From Octopus bimaculoides (Eukaryota), in NCBI RefSeq assembly GCF_001194135.2, contig NC_068984.1:36968897-37032896 (forward strand): 64,000 bases of DNA. The letters run 5' to 3'. The number at the start of each line of letters is the position of its first letter. Position 1 is the stretch's first letter. This document shows, in pieces, positions 24,036-37,197 of the stretch. Under the pieces are notes generated by a model. That model did no database searches, was not told where the DNA came from, and saw only the letters and a list, made by a program, of their open reading frames with translations. Position numbers and translations under genes: made by a program.

Positions 24036-24259
24036 CATTGCTTGGAATTGCAAGAGTCTTCCGCAGTTCTTGAAGCATGATTAGTAAACAAGTGTCACCT
24101 TAGTCTATTGGATGTGGACAGCTTTCACTTTCCCTCAAACCCACCTTTCCGTCCTACCCTGAGACTTTTTTTATAATAATGATAACAATAACCCTAATAA
24201 TAATGCTTTCAAATTTTGTCACATTGCCAGCAATTTCATGGGTGGGGAATCAGTTACAC

Positions 24260-25850
24260 CTACTCCGGTGCTTGTAGTTTTCATTTCTGGTGCTCACACT
24301 ACCAAGCGCTCTCTCAATAACTAGAACCACCTGAACCTTTTCATTGCCCATAAATGTTTTATTTGCAATGCTAGTATCATTCAATTTTCTTCGATTCTTT
24401 GTCAGTAATCGTCAGCTGGACAAGCCATATCTAAAGTCTGTTTGTTGTCCATGTTACCTGGTTTTCGATGTTCAATTTCATGTTTACATTTCGATGTTCA
24501 ATTTCATGCTCACAATCTTTGCATGGTCTACAACGTCTGCTTTGTGCGCATACCAGTCGCTTGCTCTTTCAAGACTGTATTTTCTGCATGATTTTCTCGA
24601 TGTTATCGTGAAGTCGGTGGTATTTTCTTCCTTAGCCAGCTTTGTGAACCGGCTGGTTATATGCCGCACAGTTTCCTACTTTTCTCTGCACACCTCACAT
24701 TTTTCTGTTGCATCTGAGTTGGCAATCTTCTGCTTAAGATAATTTGTTTTCAAGGCTTGCTCTTCTGCTGCACGAATTAAAGCTTGTTTCGGGTTTAATA
24801 TCACTTTTCCGCGTTCATAGCCACCTTTTCTCCAAATAGGTTTCGGCTTTTATGTCCCTGTAAAATTGCATGTACATCTTTTTTTTCTGTCCATCTTCTT
24901 TCGGTTTCGATGTTCTTCTTGCATTCAGACTCTTCCTTGCAATCTCCAATTTTCATCCAATTTGATTTTTTTCACTTCCGACAGCAATGGTTCAGTAGCA
25001 GTCTTTGCATACCAAGCTCCGCTGTTCTCTTCTCCTGCACAGCCTTTACAACTAATGACCCCTCTCCCTCTTTTTTTTTTTTTTTCTCGACACGTATAAT
25101 TTATCAATATCACTCCTTGGAGGAAACGTTGCGTTCATTATCAGTAACTTCTTCGCTTTTCTATCCAGATATTCTAGTGCATTAACTATCCACCCAACCA
25201 CTCTAGTTCCATATCTTAGCAGGGATACAGCCCAAGTATTAAGTGCCTCATATTTATTCCTACCATTCAGCGTTGATTTTAGAATGATTCTCATTGTCCT
25301 AAAGTATTCGTCTGTAAACTTAGTTTTAATTTCCTGCTCCATCAAGACATCTATTTCTAAGATTCCCAGGTATTTACAGCATTTGTTATCTATTTGCTTC
25401 CTGACGTTTCCTTAAGTTATTACTATTCCGCTCAGGAGTTTGATCTTGCCTCGCTTCGGAATGAGCACAAACCAAATTCCATTCAGAAGTCCAAAATTAA
25501 ACCAAACACCGTGTCCACATGTTAACTAATTTGGGATCCGCATTGTCCATATAATTTCAGATCATCCTTGAATAATAGATGATTGACCCTTTGCTGTTTT
25601 CGTCTAAATTCATACCCTGCCGTAGTCCTTCCTTAGATCATTGTCAGAGGCACCATGCATAGCACAAACAACAATGAATACAAACTTCCTTCCTGAAATA
25701 TGCCTCACGTGATATTAAATATACACAAACGTTTCCATCACACGTTAACCTGGCCTCCCATGTTTCCATATTTTCTTCTGGACATTTATTATTTTTTTTT
25801 ACAATTCCAAATACATTTAGGCATTCTCTAATTCACAAGTGAAGCATTAA
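24260..25850 (-). mobile_element. R4/Dong fragment (second half of RT + RLE)
   Basis: VNHLLFKDDLKLYG (YxDD equivalent); EYFRTMRIILKSTLNGRNKYEALNTWAVSLLRYG...RSDIDKLYVSRK; SCRKYSLERASDWYAHK. Confidence 0.9.
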
Positions 25851-25907
25851 ATCATATGTCATTTCGTCTGAAATTATTAATATTATCATTATTATTATTG
25901 AGTGAGC

Positions 25908-26434
25908 GACACTTGGGTAAAATATAGAAAACCCCTTAATACCCATCATGACTACCCGTCTGATAACGGTACACCAGGCACATGCATCGCAACCATATGT
26001 GCGTGACATGGTGATATCATATCAAGATAAACAGCGCATGACCTCGCAGGTGGGGCCCAGTTAGAATTTTCTTCAGGTCGAGTAGCCCATCCCGCTCAAA
26101 AGGTCCCTGAATAAGGTTTGTTTACGGATCTTGAGCAAAACACCCATGTTTCCAAAGGTGAATTATTCAAACCCTAAAGAATTCCTCTCAACACATGGCT
26201 ATGATGCTCCACCACTACTTCTGCTCGTGATCAGAGATACACATATCGTCAGCCACCAAGGGATATGCTCAACTGGTTAAGGTCAAACAACTGACAAGCA
26301 ATCTGTGGTATTAAGCAGAATATTTGCTGAAGCCCATCTTTTTATACCAAGACAAATCAATGTACATAATAACACTTCCAATCAATTAAGATCAGAAGCC
26401 ATGTGAGCCACTGCCTTCTACTGCATCCGGGCAT
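25908..26434. mobile_element. About 500-bp non-coding interspersed repeat bounded by (AAT)n; reverse-complement copy at 42187-42690
   Basis: e.g. gatatgctcaactggttaaggtcaaacaactgacaa vs ttgtcagttgtttgaccttaaccagttgaccatatc; collinear over about 450 bp. Confidence 0.85.
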
Positions 26435-26452
26435 TATTATTATTATTATTAT

Positions 26453-26507
<55 letters not shown>

Positions 26508-26635
26508 CAATTTTATTTTTTGCAGCAGTATTTGCATAAGGGCCAGGCCCAACATGCTACATCAGGAGAACTTGTGGTGCGAGAAATTCATGGATCTGGT
26601 TTAATGAACGCGATTTGTTTTTTTTTCTTTTTTTT

Positions 26636-27018
26636 TTACTTGTTTCAGTCGTTTGACTGTGGCCATGCTGGAGCACCGCCTTTAGTCGAGTAAAGCGACC
26701 CCAGGACCTATTCTTTAGAAGCCTAGTACTTATTCTATCGGTCTCTATTGCCGAACCGCTAAGTTCCGGGTCATAAACATACCCGCATCGGTTGGCAAGC
26801 GATGTTGGGGGGACAGACACACAAACACATACATACATACACATATATATATGCATATATACGACGGGCTTCTTTCAGTTTCCGTCTACCAAATCCACTC
26901 AGAAGGCTTTGGTCGGCCCGAGGCTATAGTAGAAGACACTTGCCCAAGATGCCACGCAGTGGGACTGAACCCGGGACCATGTGGTTGGTAAGCATGCTAC
27001 TTACCACACAGCCACTCC
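26636..27018 (-). mobile_element. Full-length CORE-type tRNA SINE
   Basis: Minus: aggagtggctgtgtggtaag...ggtcccgggttcagtcccactgcgtggcatcttgggcaagtgtcttctactatagcctcgggccgacc. Confidence 0.92.
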
Positions 27019-27089
27019 TACGTCTACGTTTGTCTACGTTTTTTATCATTCTCAAAATATTTCCATCTCATACTATCTTCTTCCACCAC

Positions 27090-27430
27090 AATCTTGCGAG
27101 AGTTGTGGAGATGAGTTTTCAAGCACGCCATCCATTGGGTCCTGTAAGAAGCAGATGTTTCAAACTGATCCGGCTGTATCCACAAGCGAGACCGACCGAG
27201 CTGTTATCCAACCATCGTATTTGTGATCTACCAACTGGATCTCTTGAGGGTTGGTTTTTCCCGTAAAACCTCTTCGGCGATTCTTTCCCGAAACATTTCT
27301 TATCACACGCTCGTAGCATCAGAACTGTGATTCCTCAATTCGGAGAAGTAGCGGCTCTACATGTAGCGCCCTCTGATCTCCAACTTACGCATCCAATCGA
27401 TTAACGTTACTCCACAGATCCTTTGGTGTA
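27090..27430 (-). mobile_element. RTE/L2-like LINE 3' fragment
   Basis: ESPKRFYGKNQPSRDPVGRSQIRWLD resembles the C-terminal PKxxxxG...RPxGRPxxRWxD motif of APE-type LINEs. Confidence 0.6.
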
Positions 27431-27499
27431 TACCCGTCTCAGTTGCTTTTACTCGTGATTGTATTTTATGTATCTATATACCTTTTTTTCTGGTAGGTG

Positions 27500-29150
27500 A
27501 TAAAGGATATATCAATAATTATTGACCGATTATTCCGGATTGTTGTACCAATGTGTGCTGGCATATCTCATAGTATGGTGTCTGTATAATTCTTTTCTGT
27601 AGAAGGCCCTTATTTTCTCCTTCTTTATGTTTCATAGTCTTGGTGTAGCATCCAATTTATGTATGTCGCAACAGTATCATACTTGTTAATGTGTCCTTTC
27701 TTAATTAAAACTAGGAATGCAGAGATAATATAGTTAATTGATCCTTCCTCAATTTCATATGTTCCACAATTATTGTATTCTACTTCATTTTCTGAGATTT
27801 TGGTAGTTTCTGGTAGGGAAGCTTTGATCATGTAACACGATCAAAAATCCTTTAGTCTCAGCTTTGACTACACTGATTCTCTACTAATGTTGTGGCTTTC
27901 CTTTGTCTACTTCCATTCTGTTCAGTTTTTTCAGTTATTGATAGGAGGTTTTCCTGTCATCGCTTTATCGTAGTATTTTGCAACCCTATTTTAAACTTAT
28001 ATTATAGATTTCTTTTTATTTCTATTTGCAATTTTTTATCGTTTCTTCTTTTCTTTATAACTTGTTTTCGTTTCTGCCTCTGTTTGTTGGCTTCCTTGAA
28101 GAAATACAATTTTCTTTTTCTTTTATTTTTTTTGTAGCTATTTGTATTAGGTTTCCATTATTCTTTACTAGATATTTGTGGAATCATACAAAGGACATAA
28201 TAGTTTTGTAGATACAAAAGCATTCTATCTCTGTGTGTTTTGTAGCAAATATAATCTTTCTATATCAGATTTCAAGCAATATATCCAAAATCTAGATATT
28301 ATTTTTCTTATTTCTCCAGTCTAGTCTTGCTAGTTAATTTACTGAGCTATAACTGTAACTTATATAAACATAACTATAATTTATTGCCAGGATAGCTAGA
28401 GAATTGATGCATATTGTATTATTTGTAACATTTAGCTCTGTTTAAGTAATAATCTAATGCGGCTAAAATATTCCGTTTACATGTGTGTTGTAAACGGCCA
28501 CGTTCAATGATTTTCCAGTATTTGTATGTCTGCGTTTGGTCTAATTCTCTCATCCCTGTCTATCCTGATATTAATTTGTTTTTACCTTCTTCAAATTTAC
28601 TCAGGCAAATAATTCTCATCTAAATCTAATATCAATGTCTGTGGTAAACACATGTACGATCCGCAGAAGTGTTTCTAATTGCTTATTTTCTCTGTTATCG
28701 GATGCAACCTACACTTGAGATTGTCTACATACAAAAGATTATCAAGTGCCCAACTGTTGCATTTATACCCGAGCAGAAAAGCCTAAACTGTCGTTTAAAT
28801 ACGCGAGTGTCAAACCAAAAAGGAGAGAAGAGAGAAAATCTCTTATTCTAATGGGTTTGAAGTTAACCTCTAAAATTCTATCTTTTGTTTATATCTCTAA
28901 GATTGCTTTCGTATTACACATGACAATTTCCATGTATCGTACGAATGAGGCTGCCTTAATCATAGCTACAGTGTCCCCCGGATTTCTTTATGAGGAAAAC
29001 TGTGAAAAGATTGATAGTCAATTCATGCAATGTTCAGGCCCTTTTTTTCAGCCGTTGGTTATATTTTGCTTTGCTGTAATGAATCTTTACGTCCATATCA
29101 ACATTTGTATTAACGTTATTAATCTCCTAAAATCAGGTTTGTATTAAATT
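27500..29150 (-). mobile_element. Decayed R4/Dong element (RT through zinc finger/RLE)
   Basis: LLYVDNLK (LYMDDLK); EYFSRIRLLLK; SDIERLYL; KAETKGFLIVLHDQSFPTRNY; INYIISAFLVLIKKGHINKYDTVATYINW. Confidence 0.8.
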
Positions 29151-29384
29151 TCTACGAGGTAATTGCCAGTAGGGTTTTGTTGGCTGTAGGGATACAGATA
29201 ACAGATTAGTAGATAATAGGATTCACTATTTATGTTTGAGGAAGTGAAAGTATGGCACTTAGTTTTGAGAGTTTGCTGACATATGTTGGCACTAGACGAA
29301 ACTGTGTGCTCTCAGAAATATTCATACTGTAATCAGAACGAAGAGAAAATCATAAACCAACTCATTTCAAATTCAAAATTATTA

Positions 29385-29680
29385 TTATTAACAATATTAT
29401 TTCTCTTTATCATAGATATTTTTGGAACTCCGGGAGATTTGCATGCGTAGCGGACTTGTTAGCTGCAGCCTACGGTACCATGCCACCCGTTCTTTACAGC
29501 TATCTAATACTTTGCTGAACATTCTCGCCGTGTCAAGGAGGTAAAACTTTTGTAACCATTCTAGTGGACACTCTATTCCAATTTCCTTTATATTCCCCTT
29601 GATGCTTCTGATATTTTCCCCAAGAACCCAACAATATTTGGCGCTGTCTTCACCCTCTGCATTTTCCATAGCCAAGATTT
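29385..29680 (-). mobile_element. R4/Dong 3' end with (AAT)n tail
   Basis: IKEIGIECPLEWLQKFYLLDTARMFSKVLD matches LQKxxLLGTARILRKVL. Confidence 0.8.
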
Positions 29681-29736
29681 AGTTGTGTCGATTTACTCTG
29701 CTTATTTGCATTTATGTTATTGGACGGTTAAATATT

Positions 29737-30124
29737 GTTGTTGTTGTTGGCACTCCGTCGCTTACGACGACGAGGTTTCCAGTTGATCCGATCAACAGAA
29801 CAACCTACTCGTGAAATTAATGTGCAAGTGGCTGAGCACACCACAGACACGTGTACCCTTAACGTACTTCTCGGGGAAATTTAGCGTGACACAGTGTGAC
29901 AAGGCTGACCCTTTGAATTACAGGGACACTAGAAACAGGAAGAAAGAGTGAGAGAAAGTTGCGGTGGAAGAGTACAGCAGGGTTCGCCACCATCCCTTGC
30001 CGGAGCTTCGTGGAGCTTTAGGTGTTTTCGCTCAATAAACACTCACAACGCCCGGTCTGGGAATCGAAACCACGATCCTATGACCGCGAGTCCGCTGCCC
30101 TAACCACTGGGCCATTGCGCCTCC
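29737..30124 (-). mobile_element. Full-length tRNA-derived SINE, probably OR-type octopus SINE (name from memory), (AAC)n tail
   Basis: Minus head ggaggcgcaatggcccagtggttagggcagcggactcgcggtcataggatcgtggtttcgattcc (A and B boxes); collinear with 40589-40980. Confidence 0.9.
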
Positions 30125-32519
30125 GCGGTTAAATATTAGGTGAAACTTAATCTATGGAGACGTTTCAGTAATGGTATTACAATGGGAAATACCGGATGAA
30201 CAGAATTGTTATCATTAAGCAACTGGCTTGATAACTTAACATCGTTTTATTTCAATATGATGCACGAGTTGCCCATACTCTGTGACAGATGTATTAAGAT
30301 ATAAAGACTGAGTAAAATAACCCTAGCTGTAGAAAAAATAAAAGAGTCGTAAGCAGAGGTTACGAAACTCGGCGTCCTTTCTCTGCTATCGTATCAAATT
30401 GGTCATCTGTACTCTTCAGTACCTAATACTTTAAAAAAACAAAGAAGCATTATAAGGTCGTTGTACATCGTTTGCAAATGACAATCTGATGACTCGAGGA
30501 ACAAAAGATATCAAATAATGTATTTCTGGATACACTATACCTGAAAATAAGACGGAATATTCACGGTTGGAATGTCTGTGATGATAGATTTGCCCGTTCA
30601 TTGCTGATCCGAGGACAGCGCGGACAATATTAAAATAAAGACGTTGTAATCTACTTGAAGACTGAAAACCACCATGTTGTTAGTTAGATTATTAACAGTT
30701 GACCAAGATTACTGAAAAACGTCAACACAAAAGCAACAATATATCAAACCTACAAATTTATATGATAAACCTGCATTCACCACTTCAGTGTATCGGAGCA
30801 CTGTACTTTTGACCTGCTATAGCAGAGTAATGTGAAATTTTAATTTTGCTTTCGTTCCTTCCAAAAATCGAACATCACCTAGAGGCAAGCTGGCTGACAC
30901 CATAGTCAAATTATAAAGTGACTCACTTCAGATTAAAAGGCTTCCACGTAGCTTGGCAGGCGTTATTAGCATCCCATGCCACCCTCCGATCAGTGTAGCT
31001 TGAATCACAATATAACAGCTGTTAAAAATCATTAAATACATGCACGAACCTTTGACCCGACAATGTATCTGAAAGATCGATTTTTCCACTCGATGTCATC
31101 ATGATTGGTAACTCGAAATTAAGTTCCTGTCATGTTTCAGACTCCAAACAAAAGTTTTACACGTATTTTACTATTTAAATAAATAACAAGTCTTATTAAA
31201 AAAAATTTGGAGCTTTAATCAGGAATGAATATCACGTGTATGTTGATTATTTTCCTTTCAGTTTTGTATTTGGTTATTTATTCACTTATGGCTAATTCAC
31301 TTAACCCCGTTAATTAAGACATCGAAATCAAACAATCAGATTTTACAGTATGAAAGGAAACAGGATGGTGTGTTTTTAGCATTTTCGATTTACTACGTAG
31401 CAAAGTGAAAGCAAAATAATAAAGAAAAAATTGTAGGTTTTAAACAGTAGATTTTAACCAGCTTCTCCTCCGTAACGATAATTGAAGCTGGCCGAGTTGA
31501 TAGCTAATTTGATTCTAACCGTGAATGCCGGTAGTTCGTATTCTGACAGCAGCACCATTACTTAATGACAATGAAAGCAAATTTTCTATAGCATAATCAA
31601 ACATGGACCGTAAGTTGTTAAATTTAAAGAGTGTTGTTGTTTTTTTTTTTACGACTTATCTCGAATAACTTCATGCGAATTTAGTTTGGTGAAAAATGGC
31701 TCTCAACCTCATTGAATCGAAATCCAGATATATTGTACAAATATTATGTCGCTGAATAGTTTATCGATGAGGCGACCAAAAGGCCGTCGTCAATTATCAC
31801 CATATGTCGTTGAAATACTACAGTTGCTAAGCGGTCATTCAACTAGTTATTCTCTTCATAGAATCGTTATAATAACAAAAAGAATACTAAAAGGAAATTC
31901 AAAAATAGATTAACGTAACTTTCCAAGTCGCTAAAAGTCCGACTTAAATACCAATGGCTGTCAAGGTCTACGTTAAGTAAGAGTATTTTACTAAAACCCA
32001 TACATTCTTCTAAGGCAAGATATCCCTCGTTATATAACTAATGCTTTATTGTGTTTATCTATCAAAGGTGTTTCCAAATTACTGCTTAAGATAAAAAGAA
32101 CGTAGAATATTTCCTACTGAGCCGTACGTAGAGCACGAAGGCAGCGGGGTAGCAATTTAGTGCATATATTTTTAGGAGTTCTTTATCTGCTGCATCTTAA
32201 CCACTTTAATAGACAAAGCAATAGCTAGCTCTAAAACAATGTTTGTTTACGGACACCAAATAATCTTCAGAATCAGAAATCTAACATAAACACCTAGATA
32301 TGTAAGAATTTGTTTTTGACAATAGCGAAACTACACAATGGTGTAAGTGGAGCTGTAGTCTATCTAATCAAAGTTTTGTATGACAGCACTACGTCACACA
32401 TAATTACACCAAATTATTGACACACTCCTGTATACATGTATATACACACGCACATATATATATAATTACAGACATGCGCACACATATACGTACAAGTATA
32501 TGTATACGCATATTTATAT

Positions 32520-32555
<36 letters not shown>

Positions 32556-32651
32556 NNNNNNNNNNNNNNNNNNNNNNNNNNNNNNNNNNNNNNNNNNNNN
32601 NNNNNNNNNNNNNNNNNNNNNNNNNNNNNNNNNNNNNNNNNNNNNNNNNNN

Positions 32652-32713
<62 letters not shown>

Positions 32714-33242
32714 ATGTAAAAACTGTTTGATTCGACCCCATGCAAATTTAAGTTTCGTAGATTCGTCATATGTACCAAGTGCCTACGCTTAAGCGACTGA
32801 ACGGAGAGGTGAAGCAAGTTCGAAATGGCGACTGGAGATTGAGCTGCTGTAACTCAAGATGGGTCACATGGTGTTGATATTGGTATTGAAATATCAGCAA
32901 CGTTATGAAGAAAACCACATTTGTATTTCTCCAACTACGTTGTAAGGCAGGTTGTTGGTGGCTCCTCGCTGACTAGATAATGAGGTGAGAACTTTTAGCG
33001 ATACCAGCTACCAGAGTGGATGCGTGTGAGTGTGATATACATGCTGTATGAATGTGGTGCGTGAGTGTGGGTATATGGCGCATAAAAATGTGCATCTGGT
33101 GTGTGTGCGTGTGTATCTCTGCGAGTGACATGATGTCAGTTTGAGATCTATGCGGGAAGCGGTTAGATACCCTCCCCTTCATATATATTCTTTAGAAATC
33201 CTTCGAAAGTAAATCGATGGTTTACTAAGTACGAGTAGTGAT

Positions 33243-34020
33243 CTACGAAAATTTACATTCTCTCGATTCCCAGTAATTCAGACCGACTCGTGGTCCCAAC
33301 AGACAAACTGGAAAAGGAATTGCCCTGGAGAATGGTGCTGGAGATTCGCTGGAACAGCTGCTCTGACTCACGGACTTGCATTTGCAGATAGCCATCTCTG
33401 CCTCGATAGCAGTGAGCAGCGTCCAGGGGCCGTGAACGCAAGAGGTCTCCACTGGCACAGGCTCGACGATAAACATGTCAGAGAGTGATCGATATTTTAT
33501 CAATATGTTTTTCTCAATTTCATCCTGAACGCACCAATTCATTGCTGGAGAAGGTGCCACAGCATATGTATCCCAGATGAGGTGCCTATCGTCACGGAAC
33601 GAGAAAATTGTCATATTGTCAGGCCTTTCATCTCCCCTTCGGTATAGTCCCTCCGCTGGTCTGAGCTGAGAAGGGAAGCCTTTGGCGTCTAAGCTATGCT
33701 TTATGATTTCATTAAGTGTGGCATTGCGTGGAATGCCGTATCATATCATTATATGATATGACAATGGGGAGAAACCGAAAGAAACACCAGTGGATCTGCA
33801 GCGGAATTTGTGAGGCAAATATTCTGAAGATACTGGAGATCGAATCCAAGATACACCACCTTAGACTGTTGGCGATCACTTGCTCGAAGTTCACGAGAAG
33901 GTGTTTAACTGATGGCAAAACCAGGCAAGTCGTTTTTTTTATTGGTGGGTACTGCAGATTAGTGGAGAAAACGCAGTCTTTCGCAGAATCCGAGCTGGCA
34001 ATTACGGGCACCGGTTAAGT
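33243..34020 (-). mobile_element. CRE-type non-LTR retrotransposon C-terminal (RLE) remnant
   Basis: TLNEIIKHSLDAKGFPSQLRPAEGLYRRGDERPDNMTIFSFRDDRHLIWDT...KNILIKYRSLSDMFIVEPVPVETS...QRISSTILQGN matches EPxGLxRxDGKRPDG..WD..KxxKY..PxAxET..QRxSxAIQRGN. Confidence 0.75.
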
Positions 34021-35094
34021 AAGGTGAGGATCTGTTAGTGATGCTCCATTCATAACATATGTCGCGATATATGAATCTGCGTGATTTCTGTGTGAGTATG
34101 CATATATATTGTTTTAAATAATCGAAGAAGGTATATAGAAAGAAAAAAGTTAGGAAACATAAATAATATATCGAGAAAAATATATTTCATTATTTAATAC
34201 ATTGCACTTTGAAATCAATTACATATTTATATCGATTATTTTAGTATATTGTGTTTCTCATGCTTTGTATTTTTTGTTTATACTAATAAATTTAGATTTT
34301 GAGTTTTGTAGTTTTGTAATTTTTGTTTAAAATAAATCTATATAACAGCAGCAAACTGGTTCAATAATTAATCCATTACTCTGACACATCTATGTCTTAA
34401 AAAGATCTTTTTTTAAATTTGCTTCAATTTTTTATTGTATATGTGTGCAAATCTTCTATTTATTTATTTTTTTGCGAGTGTTTTTATATGCGCGCGCACC
34501 AAAACACAGAGAGCTTAGACATTAGAAAAATACAATAAACATGAAGACATTACAAAATATATAAAAGAAGAATATCGACATGACTAATAGATACATAAGA
34601 ATATCTTGGGGACATTTATGTCAAATAGAATTTTAGTTTACGTGAGAAAGATTTGCAATCATTTTACTGTCTGAAATAAATGAGAAAGCAATGAGATAAT
34701 ACGAATAGTATGAATATATACAGATATATTCTTCAATGTATATATGNNNNNNNNNNNNNNNNNNNNNNNNNNNNNNNNNNNNNNNNNNNNNNNNNNNNNN
34801 NNNNNNNNNNNNNNNNNNNNNNNNNNNNNNNNNNNNNNNNNNNNNNNNNNNNNNNNNNNNNNNNNNNNNNNNNNNNNNNNNNNNNNNNNNNNNNNNNNNN
34901 NNNNNNNNNNNNNNNNNNNNNNNNNNNNNNNNNNNNNNNNNNNNNNNNNNNNNNNNNNNNNNNNNNNNNGCGCGTGTGTGTTCATAGTGAAATATACGTT
35001 ATCTATATAAAGCACGCACTCTCGTTCACCGATTCATATAAATATTAAAATATATTCTCTAACAGATTTTTTGACCAAATCTTCTCTTCCTGTT

Positions 35095-35491
35095 CCCTCT
35101 CTCTCTCCTCTCTCTCTCTCTCTTCCCACTCCCTCTCCCCCTCTCTTCTCTCTATCTCTCTTTTTTTCTCTCTCTCGCTCTCTTATATTTCTCTCTCTCA
35201 TGTATGTTCGTTTCTAAGTATGCATATGCCAGTGCGCATTAGTATCTTCAAGTGTGTATATTTATGTTTGTATATATTGATGTGTGTGTGAGTGTGTGTG
35301 TATGTGTGTGTTTGTGTGAGTGTGTGTGTGTGTGTCTGAATGTCAGTATTTACTGCAGTACTTGTGTGTGCCGGTGTATCGTTACTATGGTAGATATCAA
35401 TTGACACATGTGATTCACACAAAAATGTGTGTTAGTGTGGGTGGGTGTCGTGTGTGTGCTTGTGTTTGTGTGTGTGTATGTGTGTATTTGT

Positions 35492-35522
<31 letters not shown>

Positions 35523-35535
35523 CGTGGGTGTGGGT
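35095..35535. repeat. Degenerate (CT)n and (GT)n tracts
   Basis: Direct reading. Confidence 0.9.
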
Positions 35536-36484
35536 GGCATTATAAATTGCAGCTGCTTATTAACATCTTTTTTTCGAAAGAATCATATGCTATAAACTTA
35601 CACTCCGTAATTTTTTTTGTTTTATTTTGATATTTTTACAAATTTTGTAGAAGAAACGGTTTTCTTCACTACGTAATGATTAATAAAAATGCATTTTATG
35701 TATTAGAGACGTAACTTTGCAACTAATTTTTGCTGTTGTATTTCTCCTTTATATCTTAGGTGTTCGTTCCGTGTAAATGTCGGTGCAATGGTTTTTGACG
35801 CTTCCGTATATTGCTTTGATTGTTGATGAGACTCAACTCTGCACTACTTCACCAGATCAATAATCAGGATCATTCAGGCTCTGATCATCTTCCATCTAAA
35901 ATATCATAGCGTGATCTTAGTTTTATTTGACTGCTAATGACATGCCCAGCAGATTATTCGACCGCTCACGCTAATCCGTTGATTCGATCCAGCGAAGTTG
36001 TGGGATTATTGATGATGGAGACATGAGAATAGTTTATGGTATTTCTTTTATCTATGAATATTATTCATATTTCTGTTCCATCTGATTGATTACCATGTTA
36101 GATTTGAATATTGATTTATAATTAACTAGGCACAAAGCCCTTATTTAATAGAAGAGGAAATTGTAAACATGAGACCCATGCACATCTCAAAAGCATTAAC
36201 CGCGTAAGTTAAATTATATGTCGTCATATTGAATATGGATATTGACTTCATGGTTCCAAACATTATGGAACTTATTTCACAATTTATGTCACTTCCAATA
36301 TTATTTTTCGTATCGATTTGGTTTCAATAGTCAAGAGACCAATATTTGCAGAGGAAAATTGTATTTCGGTTTCAATCGAAAGCACTATATAATTCACGCA
36401 CGATGATATAAAAAAACAACTTTGGCAATTGAACGTACGCATTTGTATGTAAATATACATACATAAATACATAAATACATACAA

Positions 36485-36523
<39 letters not shown>

Positions 36524-36694
36524 NNNNNNNNNNNNNNNNNNNNNNNNNNNNNNNNNNNNNNNNNNNNNNNNNNNNNNNNNNNNNNNNNNNNNNNNNNNNN
36601 NNNNNNNNNNNNNNNNNNNNNNNNNNNNNNNNNNNNNNNNNNNNNNNATATATATATATATATGTATGTATGTATCCTTATAGAATGATATTCC

Positions 36695-36830
36695 TTTACT
36701 TGTTTCAGTCATTGAAGTGAAGCTATCCTGGGATAACGATTCCAATCGCTTTAGTTGAAACAACCGACCTCACATACACATTTTCTGTTTGATACATATT
36801 TCATGAGTTTCGTCTAACCGAATCGCTTAT
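36695..36830 (-). mobile_element. CORE-SINE 3' fragment
   Basis: tttacttgtttcagtcattgaagtgaagctatcctgg matches the tail of 26636. Confidence 0.6.
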
Positions 36831-37063
36831 TTTGGGGGACGTCTGCCCCGTTATCATTCGTTCTAGCTTGTTCAGTATGACACCATTCACTCTTCTTCAA
36901 CATATCATTAGTCCAACCTGCTCTATCATCTAAATCTGCTGATGAACATTCTGCTTCGGGTCTTCATTATCCAGAGAATCTGCAGTTTTGTTACTGTCAA
37001 ATTTTCAATATCAATCATAATGTTGTAACCATACCAAAATTACTTCACAATTCGTTTACTTAC

Positions 37064-37197
37064 ATTATGCGCCGTTATTAGTAAATATAGAACGTAGCAA
37101 TAACACTTAGTTCCAAAGGATGACTCATCCGAGTTGTTTTGAAGAAGAAAAGCTACTTCAACGTTATCTTTTAGTTCACCTATGTTAGATGCGTGAC
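37064..37197 (-). CDS. Weak candidate exon inside a 105-codon open frame (37354-37040)
   Basis: Perfect donor AT|GTAAGT at 37063, acceptor gtttcag| at 37198 with a weak pyrimidine tract; peptide GHASNIGELKDNVEVAFLLQNNSDESSFGTKCYCYVLYLLITAHN not recognised. Confidence 0.22.

Noticed and set aside
28746-29147. 133-aa plus ORF
   Set aside because: It is antisense to decayed R4 RT sequence.
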